From the IMG/VR virus record IMGVR_UViG_3300045132_000109, positions 1 to 36,959 of that record: a stretch of DNA of 36,959 bases. The stretch is one strand, 5' to 3'. This document shows, one piece after another, positions 17,895-25,740 of this stretch. Under the pieces are notes generated by a model, which made no database searches, had not been told where the DNA came from, and saw nothing but the letters and a program-made list of their open reading frames with translations. The position numbers were made by a program, and so were the translations under genes. The stretch comes from a virus (taxonomy: Duplodnaviria > Caudoviricetes). Each line of letters starts with the position of its first letter. Within the stretch, counting starts at the first letter, position 1.

Positions 17895-18713
17895 ATGCGC
17901 ATTGAACGCATTGGCGATACCGTTTTGTACAACGGCGATTGCCTTGAGGTTATGGCGACGTTGGAACCTGTGGATCACGTCATAAGTGATCCGCCGTATG
18001 AAGAAAGCCTTCACGCATCGAAGAATAGCCTGCGCGGACGGGTCCGCGCAGATAAGGGTCCAGATCTGAAAGGGCTGGATTTTTCGTCCATCAATGACAT
18101 TCGGGCCGACGTTGTGTCTGCCGCCGAGCGTATTTGCGAAGGCTGGTTCATCGCCTTCTGCACTATTGAGGGTGTCGCCTATTGGGCCGAAGCCATCAAC
18201 GCATCGCCCATGAAATACAAGCGCGGCTGCCTATGGGTAAAGCCCGACGCAACGCCACAACTTAATGGGCAGGGGCCAGGTCAGGGCGCGGAGTGCTTCG
18301 TCACAGCATGGAACGGCAAAGGCCACGCGCGCTGGAACGCGGGTGGCAAGCGTGGCGTCTATACGCACCTGACCAATCAGCGCGACCGTGATGGTAGACA
18401 TCCGACCGAAAAGCCAATCCCGCTCATGGCGGAGCTGCTGGCCGACTTCACTAATGCCGGCGACACCATTCTAGACCCGTTCATGGGCTCCGGCACAACC
18501 GGCGTCGCCTGCGCACGAATGGGGCGAAAGTTCATCGGCATCGAGTTGGATCCGCGCTATTTCGACATCGCCTGCGTGCGTATCGAAAAGGCTTATGCGC
18601 AGGGCGATATGTTTGTGGAGCGGCCCAAAAAGGAAAAGCCTGCGTCGCTCTTTGGGGATAACGACAATTCTGCTCCCGGGCAAGCAGGTGCGGCAGACGG
18701 GCGGGCAGCCTAA
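17895..18713 (+). CDS. DNA N6-A/N4-C methyltransferase, beta class
   Basis: GDCLEVM, DPPY, HPTEKP, LDPFMGSGTTG, FIGIELD. Confidence 0.92.
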   Translation: MRIERIGDTVLYNGDCLEVMATLEPVDHVISDPPYEESLHASKNSLRGRVRADKGPDLKGLDFSSINDIRADVVSAAERICEGWFIAFCTIEGVAYWAEAINASPMKYKRGCLWVKPDATPQLNGQGPGQGAECFVTAWNGKGHARWNAGGKRGVYTHLTNQRDRDGRHPTEKPIPLMAELLADFTNAGDTILDPFMGSGTTGVACARMGRKFIGIELDPRYFDIACVRIEKAYAQGDMFVERPKKEKPASLFGDNDNSAPGQAGAADGRAA

Positions 18714-19535
18714 TGGCCAAGCTCACCAGAGCCCAAGCCAAGTCGCACGCGGCCGCCGTAGAGCGTCTTCAGCAAGACCACCTGACCGAAGATGACAAGG
18801 AATTCGTTTATCGAAACTGGAACGAAGGCGCGAACCATGTCAACGGTGCGGCTGGTGCGTTCTTCACACCGTTCGACATGGCGTTCGACTTCGCGATCGA
18901 TGCTGGAGGCGGGGCGAGTAATCGACCTGTGTTCCGGCATTGGCATGCTGTCGTATGCAGTTTGGCAACGCAGCCGGTTCAACCACCGCAGACCACAGAT
19001 TACCTGTGTCGAGCGTAACGCGGATTACGTCGAGGTCGGCCGCAAACTGCTGCCAGAAGCAACGTGGATCTGCGCGGATGTTCTGGGCGTGCTCGACATG
19101 CGTCTGGGCCACTTCGACTCTGCGATCAGCAACCCACCTTTCGGTAACATTCGCCGCACCAAAAACAGTCCACGCTACGCAGGCAAAGACTTCGAGTTTC
19201 ACGTCATCGACATAGCGGCGCACCTTGCCGACTACGGAACGTTCATCGTCCCGCAGATGTCGGCTGGCTTCAACTTTTCGGGGCGGCCAAACTATGAGCG
19301 CCAAACAGGCGGGCGTGCCGTGGCCTTCCAGGAACTGACCGGCCTTCACTTTGATGCTGGCTGTGGCGTCGATACGGCGCTCTACAAGGACGAGTGGAAG
19401 GGGGTGTCGCCTATTTGCGAGATCGTCTGCGTCGACTTCACCGAAGCGCGGCCTGTTGCTGCCAAACAACCCGCTGCTGCAAACGACAATCAGCCGCAGG
19501 CCGACCTATTCGGAGCTACCCATGGCGCAGCATGA
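18713..19535 (+). pseudogene. N6-adenine methyltransferase (NPPF) interrupted by a frameshift near 18911-18914
   Basis: GAFFTP in the frame starting at 18713; VIDLCSGIG and NPPF in another frame; removing one G from GGGG joins them. Confidence 0.8.
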
Positions 19536-19848
19536 ACCGACAACCTGCCACGTCTGCGGCCGCCACGCCATAGGCATTGGCGTAGGCAAACCACCCAACG
19601 ACCCCCGGTGGCTGTGCGCCGAATGTGTACCGCTGCTGGAATACGTCAAGTCGGTGCGCCGATGGGATGCCTATGAGGTGAAGGCGCTTGACGCAGTGGA
19701 TGACGCCACGGGCGACTTTGCCGCCGAGCACGGCACGGACATTGCGGCCTATGACGATGTAACCCGCCGCGCCCTATGGCGGTGCGCGATACAGGCGCAT
19801 CAGGACGGTATTCGGCGGCTGATAACGGATGGGGATGCCCCCTTCTAG
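19522..19848 (+). CDS. Zn-finger hypothetical protein
   Basis: CHVC...CAEC; ends DGDAPF; GGAG RBS. Confidence 0.7.
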   Translation: MAQHEPTTCHVCGRHAIGIGVGKPPNDPRWLCAECVPLLEYVKSVRRWDAYEVKALDAVDDATGDFAAEHGTDIAAYDDVTRRALWRCAIQAHQDGIRRLITDGDAPF

Positions 19849-20093
19849 TCGGCAAGTATGCCCGCCTCTTTCGCCACAGCCGCAAACGCCTTGCGGGCCT
19901 TGTAGAGCAGCGCAGGGTCATCGGCCCCACCCTCCAGCGCGGCGAGCAACACCTCACGCGCGGCCAGCGTGTCCGTAACTGGCCACAGTTCATCGTCGAG
20001 CAGAAGGCGTGCCGCCTCCTCGGCCGACGACACAACCTGCCTGGCGTTGCTGCCAACCCAGATCGAGACAGGAGTTTTGAACCAATGACGCAT
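19845..20093 (-). CDS. DUF982 family protein
   Basis: WFKTPV...SSAEEAARLL..WP...ARKAFAAVAKEAGIL pattern. Confidence 0.7.
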   Translation of the reverse strand: MRHWFKTPVSIWVGSNARQVVSSAEEAARLLLDDELWPVTDTLAAREVLLAALEGGADDPALLYKARKAFAAVAKEAGILAD

Positions 20094-21440
20094 CGCGAAA
20101 GTGTGCCACGGGGAGCGGCGAACGACAATCACACCGGCCCGCGCGTCCTCGACCTGTTCAGCGCTGCCGCTGGTGGGTGGTCACTGGGCATGCACCGCGC
20201 CGGATTCCACACCATAGCGGCGTGCGAAGTCATCCCCTGGCGGCGCGCCCTCTATTCCCAGAACAACCCCGGAGTGCATGTCTATGACGACGTCACAACC
20301 CTTACCGCAGACCGACTTGTTCGGGACGGTATTGGGCTTCCCGACATCATCGTCGGGTCGCCGCCCTGCCAAGACATCGGCAGCGCGAACACCAAAGGCA
20401 AGGGCGTCGACGGCGAGCGCAGTGGCCTCTATTTCGAGGCCGTCCGACTTATCGACGAATGCCAGCCTCGTTGGTTCGCTCTTGAGAATAGCGCTAATCT
20501 CCGAACTAGAGGCGCAGACAGGGTCATCGATGCGCTGGAGGCCATCGGCTACACCTGCTGGCCGTTTGTGGTCAGTGCTGGAGACATCGGGGCCAACCAC
20601 GAGCGCAAGCGAAGCTGGCTCACTGGGTTCAAGGTTAGCGACGCCAACGACCAAGGGAAACTTCGCGGCGGATTCCATGCAGAAGTGGGATTCGTGCAGA
20701 CCGTGGAATGTGATGATCGGAACGCCGACAAAGAAGTCAGCACCGCGGTCAGAGGACTTTGCGAGAGGCAGGTCGCCGACGATCGTCGAGGCATTACTTC
20801 CGACACCCACGGCGACGCGGTACGGCTCGCAGAGCTACCCGAACGATCCAAGCCGCAAGCGCCCATCACTGGAAACGCTGCTGAAGCCGCAGATGATGCC
20901 AACGCCGGTGAAGCCGAACGGCGGTCGGACGCTGTCCAAGGAAGCAATCGAGACGGGCAAGCGTGCGAACGGACAGAAGGCACAGATCGATACGCCGAAC
21001 CTGCTGCGCTATGCACTCGAAACCCTCCCCACCCCGACGAAGCGGGACAAGCGGCTGGACTCCTGGAGTCCAGCCTACGATCGGCGCAAAAGCCCGACTA
21101 TGGATGCTGTGATGGATGGAGCGATAACGGGCCGTGCGTCGGACAAATGGGCGGGAGCGCGAGCCCTAGCCCAACTCCTGCGGAGCCATGGGCTGACTGG
21201 AACGGCGGCCTTGCCCGTCACCTACGGCTGGATGATGGGCTTTCCACCTGGGTGGCTGGCACGCGCATTGCGCTCGGCAGTCGCAAAGGGACTGCTGCGG
21301 CCAGCCTGATCGTCGAGGCGTTCGGCGACGCAGTCGTTCCGCAGATACCCGAAGCGATCGGCCGCGCCATCCTAAGGGTGGAGGCGGCTTTGGCCTTGAT
21401 TGCCAACGACAACAAGCAGGAGGCCAGCATTGCAGCCTAA
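20085..21440 (+). CDS. C5-cytosine DNA methyltransferase, alpha polypeptide
   Basis: Motif I VLDLFSAAAGG, IV GSPPCQD, VI LENS, VIII HERKR, X GDAVVPQ; CAGGAG RBS before ATG 20085. Confidence 0.9.
   Translation: MTHRESVPRGAANDNHTGPRVLDLFSAAAGGWSLGMHRAGFHTIAACEVIPWRRALYSQNNPGVHVYDDVTTLTADRLVRDGIGLPDIIVGSPPCQDIGSANTKGKGVDGERSGLYFEAVRLIDECQPRWFALENSANLRTRGADRVIDALEAIGYTCWPFVVSAGDIGANHERKRSWLTGFKVSDANDQGKLRGGFHAEVGFVQTVECDDRNADKEVSTAVRGLCERQVADDRRGITSDTHGDAVRLAELPERSKPQAPITGNAAEAADDANAGEAERRSDAVQGSNRDGQACERTEGTDRYAEPAALCTRNPPHPDEAGQAAGLLESSLRSAQKPDYGCCDGWSDNGPCVGQMGGSASPSPTPAEPWADWNGGLARHLRLDDGLSTWVAGTRIALGSRKGTAAASLIVEAFGDAVVPQIPEAIGRAILRVEAALALIANDNKQEASIAA
20284..21309 (+). CDS. Overlapping alternative-frame ORF: putative beta polypeptide (TRD repeats + motif IX) of the C5 methyltransferase
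   Basis: GGAG 9 nt before ATG 20284; five (L/M)xTP(T/V) repeats; GWMMGFPPGW motif-IX-like block. Confidence 0.7.
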   Translation: MTTSQPLPQTDLFGTVLGFPTSSSGRRPAKTSAARTPKARASTASAVASISRPSDLSTNASLVGSLLRIALISELEAQTGSSMRWRPSATPAGRLWSVLETSGPTTSASEAGSLGSRLATPTTKGNFAADSMQKWDSCRPWNVMIGTPTKKSAPRSEDFARGRSPTIVEALLPTPTATRYGSQSYPNDPSRKRPSLETLLKPQMMPTPVKPNGGRTLSKEAIETGKRANGQKAQIDTPNLLRYALETLPTPTKRDKRLDSWSPAYDRRKSPTMDAVMDGAITGRASDKWAGARALAQLLRSHGLTGTAALPVTYGWMMGFPPGWLARALRSAVAKGLLRPA

Positions 21441-23643
21441 CCCCGCACCCACAGACCCCATGCTCGACCTCGCCCTGCACTATGCCGCGCAGGGCTGGCC
21501 GGTATTCCCCTGCCGTGCCGCCGACGATTATGACCCCGAAACCGGCGAAGTCCTGCCGGAGAAGGCACCGCTTATCAGCAACGGCTTCCGCGGCGCCACG
21601 CTTTCGGAGAGGATCATCCGCGAGCTTTGGAAGCGCAACCCCGGCGCTCTCGTTGGCATCCCGACCGGTGAGCGCACTGGTGTTTGGGTGTTGGACCTGG
21701 ACATCAAGGCAAGCGCCAACGGCCACGAATGGCTTGCCGCGATGGAGGCCGCCCACGGCGACCTCCCAAACAGCGCCCGCGTCCAGACGGCCAATGGCGG
21801 CACGCATATCTTCTTCCGGCACGTTGAAGGCGTCCGTAACCGCGGCAAGCTTGGTGATGGCGTCGATGTTCGGGGCGAGGGTGGCTTTGTCATTGCGGGT
21901 GGCAGCTCTATGGCGGATGGCCGTGCCTATCATTGGCTCGGCGACACCGGCCCGGACGACACAGTGGGCGCGCCGCAATGGTTGCTCGATCTTGTTTTGC
22001 CGCCTGTCCACACCCATCATGCGGGCGATTGGCATTACGAGGCGGGTAGCAATGACCGGTATGTCAATCGCGCCATGGAGTCGGAACTGTCCGAACTGGC
22101 AGGCACGCCGCCGGGCAATCGCGGCTACCAGCTCAACGCTTCGGCATTTGCGCTCGGGCAACTGGTGGGAGCGGGGGCCATCCACCGTAGCGAGGCCGAA
22201 CATGGTCTATACGCGGGAGCCGTGACATGCGGCGTTGCGCAGGCGGACGGTGAGCGCGAGACGTGGGCGAAAATCCGCCGCGGTCTTGATGCGGGCGAAA
22301 AGCAGCCGCGGCATATCCCGACTCCGCAGGCGGAAAACGACAACACACGCTTGGTCGACATCAAGAAGATGCTGGAACGGGCGCGTGAAAAAGCCGCGAA
22401 GAAAGCAGCCAAGGGACCGGCCGATGACGAGCCAGAGGTTGCGGTAGAGCCCACGCCTGCACCTGCGGACCCCACGCTGCCCGTCACCGAGGACGACACA
22501 CCCTTCCGTTTCACACCCTTTTCGTGGAAAGACCCCGCAAGCTTGCCGCGGCGCGAGTTCGCGTTCGGCAAGCATTACATTCGCAAATACGTGTCGGTGA
22601 CGGTCGCGCCGGGCGGTTTGGGCAAAACCAGCAACAGCGTCGTCGAGGCATTGTCCATGGCGTCCGGGCGCGACCTGACGGGCGACAAGCCGCCCAAGCG
22701 TCTCAAGGTGTGGCTGTTCAATGCGGAAGACCCTCGCGATGAAATGGACAGGCGGATCATGGCTGCGTGCCTGCACTATGGTCTATCGCCTGCCGACATC
22801 GAGGGGCATCTGTTTCTCGATACCGGGCGCGAGCAGGAGCTTATCGTCATGCACGAGGACCGAAAGGCCGGCGTGACGGTCAATGTGCCTATCGTGGAGG
22901 CCGTGGCAGAGCAAATCCGCCGCAACAAGGTCGATGTGCTGATCGTAGATCCGTTTGTTTCGACGCACCGCGTCAACGAGAATGACAACGGCGCAATCGA
23001 CAAGGTTGCAAAACTCTGGGCGCAGATCGCCGATGACACCAACTGCGCAATCGACGTGGTGCATCATCTGCGGAAACTCGCCGATCGTGAGGCAACCGTG
23101 GAAGACGCCCGCGGCGCTATCTCGCTGATTGGTGCGGCTCGTTCGGTGCGCGTGCTGAACCGCATGTCTGTCGAAGACGCCAATGCTGCGGGCATCGACG
23201 TTAAGGACCGCTACAGTTACTTCCACATTCATTACGGCAAGCAGAACCTGACCCGCATGGATACGACGCAACATTGGCGGAAGATGGTATCGGTCGGGCT
23301 GGGCAACGGCGGAAAAGGGCTTCTGGCGAAAACGCAGCAGGACACCGCTGGCGTTGTGACGGCGTGGAAGTGGCCGACAACCGAAGAAATAGTTAGCGAT
23401 CTGACTGCCGAGCAGATCGACAACATCAAGTCGGTGTTGCGCGGGCAGGCGTACAAGGCAGCCCCGCAGGGCAAGCCGTGGGCGGGTGAGGCGATAGCCT
23501 ATGTGTTGGGCGAGGACGCCGCGGACAAGGCCACCAGAAAGCGCGTAGGGTCGCTCCTGAAGGCCCTTATGAAAGAGGGCATTTTGGAACAGGTAGAGGA
23601 CCGTGATCCGGTCAGCCGGTCGGCCATGAAAGTGGTCAGATAA
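21430..23643 (+). CDS. Bifunctional primase-polymerase fused to an AAA_25 helicase
   Basis: GWPVFPC, LDLD, GGTHIFF, DVRGEGGFV; Walker A APGGLGKT, IVDPF, VVHH; TTG start with AGGAGG RBS. Confidence 0.9.
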   Translation: MQPNPAPTDPMLDLALHYAAQGWPVFPCRAADDYDPETGEVLPEKAPLISNGFRGATLSERIIRELWKRNPGALVGIPTGERTGVWVLDLDIKASANGHEWLAAMEAAHGDLPNSARVQTANGGTHIFFRHVEGVRNRGKLGDGVDVRGEGGFVIAGGSSMADGRAYHWLGDTGPDDTVGAPQWLLDLVLPPVHTHHAGDWHYEAGSNDRYVNRAMESELSELAGTPPGNRGYQLNASAFALGQLVGAGAIHRSEAEHGLYAGAVTCGVAQADGERETWAKIRRGLDAGEKQPRHIPTPQAENDNTRLVDIKKMLERAREKAAKKAAKGPADDEPEVAVEPTPAPADPTLPVTEDDTPFRFTPFSWKDPASLPRREFAFGKHYIRKYVSVTVAPGGLGKTSNSVVEALSMASGRDLTGDKPPKRLKVWLFNAEDPRDEMDRRIMAACLHYGLSPADIEGHLFLDTGREQELIVMHEDRKAGVTVNVPIVEAVAEQIRRNKVDVLIVDPFVSTHRVNENDNGAIDKVAKLWAQIADDTNCAIDVVHHLRKLADREATVEDARGAISLIGAARSVRVLNRMSVEDANAAGIDVKDRYSYFHIHYGKQNLTRMDTTQHWRKMVSVGLGNGGKGLLAKTQQDTAGVVTAWKWPTTEEIVSDLTAEQIDNIKSVLRGQAYKAAPQGKPWAGEAIAYVLGEDAADKATRKRVGSLLKALMKEGILEQVEDRDPVSRSAMKVVR

Positions 23644-23696
23644 ACACCAAAAAAACAGGCCAGAAAACACCCCAAAACCGGTCAACCGTACTGCTG

Positions 23697-23823
23697 AGTT
23701 CTGCGCAGAGTTTGCGCAAAGTTCTCGAAATCGGACATGCACAACTTTGCAGACTTATACCCTTATATGGGTAAGTCTGCGGTGTTGTCTGCGGCAGTGT
23801 AGAAGTCTGCAAGAACTCTGCAC
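23697..23823. repeat. Clustered (A)GTCTGC/TTTGC repeats, putative replication origin
   Basis: TCTGCGCAGA and TTTGCGCAAA palindromes; inverted GCAGACTT (23749-23756) / AAGTCTGC (23773-23780) around an AT-rich core; further copies to 23822. Confidence 0.45.
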
Positions 23824-23846
23824 TCAACTAAAAAATGGAGGTCCAT

Positions 23847-24353
23847 TTGGTACCCAAAAACACCACCACTCAAACAGTGCGCATCGCCGGCGTGCGCACC
23901 AAGCTGACAACCCGCAATGGGCGCGTCACCGCCAAGTCCGTCGGCGAGGTTGAATGGAAGCTACAAGCCGCTGCCGTTCGCGCGCTCCGCGCCATGCCGG
24001 AATTTGGTCGACAGTTCCTGTTGGCTGGAGACATGGCCAGCGGGAAGCGTGGTCCCAAAGCGCAGATGCAGGCGCTGGCAACAGGGCTGACGCCGGGCGA
24101 CCCGGACCTTAGGGTCTATCTACCGGCGGGCCGGGTCGCGTTCATCGAGTACAAGACTAGCACTGGCCGTCTGTCGCCGGTGCAGAAACAGCGACATGCC
24201 GATATGGAGCGGCTGGGCCACGCCGTCGAGGTGGTGGCGACTGTTACCGAGGAAGAGTGCGCCGCTGCTACGGTTGCGCTGGTGCGCGGGTGGTTGGCAG
24301 GCAACAGCAACCAGCAGAACGCCGCCCATAGCGAAATAACGCTTGCATCATGA
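23847..24353 (+). CDS. VRR-NUC domain nuclease (Holliday junction resolvase-like)
   Basis: PGDPDL...FIEYKTSTGRLSPVQ; TTG 23847 after GGAGG (ATG 23835 is the alternative). Confidence 0.85.
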   Translation: MVPKNTTTQTVRIAGVRTKLTTRNGRVTAKSVGEVEWKLQAAAVRALRAMPEFGRQFLLAGDMASGKRGPKAQMQALATGLTPGDPDLRVYLPAGRVAFIEYKTSTGRLSPVQKQRHADMERLGHAVEVVATVTEEECAAATVALVRGWLAGNSNQQNAAHSEITLAS

Positions 24354-24400
24354 GGCCGAAATAATCCTTATAAGCTATCGGCCATTGCACCGATTCACTA

Positions 24401-24467
24401 CGGCCTACCAAGCCGAATGGCCTACCAAGCCGAACCCCGCTTACCAGGCGGACACCACTTAGAGGAG
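24401..24467 (+). repeat. Tandem GGCCTACCAAGCCGAA hairpin repeat plus a third ACCA hairpin before the RBS
   Basis: Direct repeats at 24402-24417 and 24419-24434; the same 14-mer occurs at 9452-9465. Confidence 0.8.
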
Positions 24468-24473
24468 ATGCCC

Positions 24474-25445
24474 TTGACCACCTACAAATCCTTCGCCGAT
24501 GCCCTGTCGGCCCCGCGCACTACGACACCGCGCCCCGCACCCGCGGCCGCCAATGACAACAAGCCACGCAAGGCCCCTCAGCCACGCTATCGCGGGACGC
24601 TGCCGGCGCTGCGCTGGCTGTACGACAACCACCCTGACCTGGCAGAACCGATGGCCCGTGCGGTGCGGTCGCTGTCAGCAACGACATGGGATGCGGACGC
24701 GGCCGATAACGATCAGAAGATTCGCCCAACCGTTGGCGAGCTTGTGAAGGCGGCGACTGATCCCAAAACGGGCGAGTGGCTACAACCGACAATCGAAACC
24801 GACAAAGACGGCAATACCAGTGTTCGGCTCGGGGCTCTGAAGTTTGTTCGCGGCGAGCTCGTCGAGTGCGGCGAGACCAAGAAAGGCCGCAAGCTGAGCC
24901 CGCGTGATAGGGTTGTTTCGAGGGACGAGGCTCCCGCAGATGCGCGCAACCCGTACCTGTACGTGTTTGGAACCAAGGCGACTACGCAGTCACCGCTTCA
25001 TGCTGAGCCCTACAGCCGCGCGTTATCCGGCGAGCCGGCACTTGCGCCGATGTATGCACCGCTTTCGGGTGTTGAGGAGGGGCGCGCCGAACTGGTCGCG
25101 CTTGGTGTCGATGGTTCTGTACCGTTCGACAAGCTGCCGTTCCCCGCAACGAAGGGCATGTCGGCTATTGCATCTGGCGCTGACTTCCTTGGTGGTATCG
25201 TCGGGTCCAGCGGTACAGCGTCCAGCGGCGCGGTGAACATGGGCGACTTGCCCGACGCGCCGAGGGGCGAGGCGAGGCTGGTCGTCGAGGCTGTCGCATC
25301 TGGCGCAACGTTGAAGGACATCGGCGAGCGGATGGGGCTCGATGGCGCGCGCGTAGATCGGGCGGCAAAGGACGCCCTTGTCAACGCTGCTCGCGCACTG
25401 GTTGCCTCGAACGATAACAGCCCGCGAAAGAAGAAAGTGGCGTAG
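24474..25445 (+). CDS. Putative late-gene regulator with C-terminal HTH
   Basis: GATLKDIGERMG HTH; Q-like position at the end of the replication module; TTG start 6 nt after GAGGAG. Confidence 0.65.
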   Translation: MTTYKSFADALSAPRTTTPRPAPAAANDNKPRKAPQPRYRGTLPALRWLYDNHPDLAEPMARAVRSLSATTWDADAADNDQKIRPTVGELVKAATDPKTGEWLQPTIETDKDGNTSVRLGALKFVRGELVECGETKKGRKLSPRDRVVSRDEAPADARNPYLYVFGTKATTQSPLHAEPYSRALSGEPALAPMYAPLSGVEEGRAELVALGVDGSVPFDKLPFPATKGMSAIASGADFLGGIVGSSGTASSGAVNMGDLPDAPRGEARLVVEAVASGATLKDIGERMGLDGARVDRAAKDALVNAARALVASNDNSPRKKKVA

Positions 25446-25483
25446 CGTCCATTTCGTGGCGAGTTATAGGGTATGTATATGAA

Positions 25484-25740
25484 GGGGTGATGTTTGCGAA
25501 CATCGCCCCACGCCCGGCCACCATCAGGCGAGACGCCCCGCGGGGTAATTGGCTCGTGTGAGCCGGGCGAAACTACAACGACAAGCAGACCAACGCGGCA
25601 GTCCTGTGCAATGCGCATGGCAACGGCGCTGCTTGTCTTTGCATCGCCAGTGGCGCGCCTCCTCCGCGACTCTGGCGTATCGGCGGCGGGTTGAGCAACG
25701 GACAGATAAACCGGGCCTTATGGGCTGCTCCCCGCCGCTT
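25484..25740 (+). ncRNA. Structured ncRNA upstream of the tRNA array
   Basis: Consecutive stems at 25484-25509, 25512-25569, 25580-25637, 25645-25677 (CCUCCUC loop) and 25682-25739. Confidence 0.5.

Noticed and set aside
19776-20084. N-terminal extension of the C5 MTase ORF
   Set aside because: Antisense to the DUF982 gene; the real start is ATG 20085 with a CAGGAG RBS
24402-24434. Tandem 16-bp repeat as a mini-CRISPR or att site
   Set aside because: Only a 1-nt spacer; better explained as copies of the ACCA-loop hairpin
25510-25575. Possible hammerhead ribozyme (stem followed by CGAAAC)
   Set aside because: No CUGANGA core on either strand
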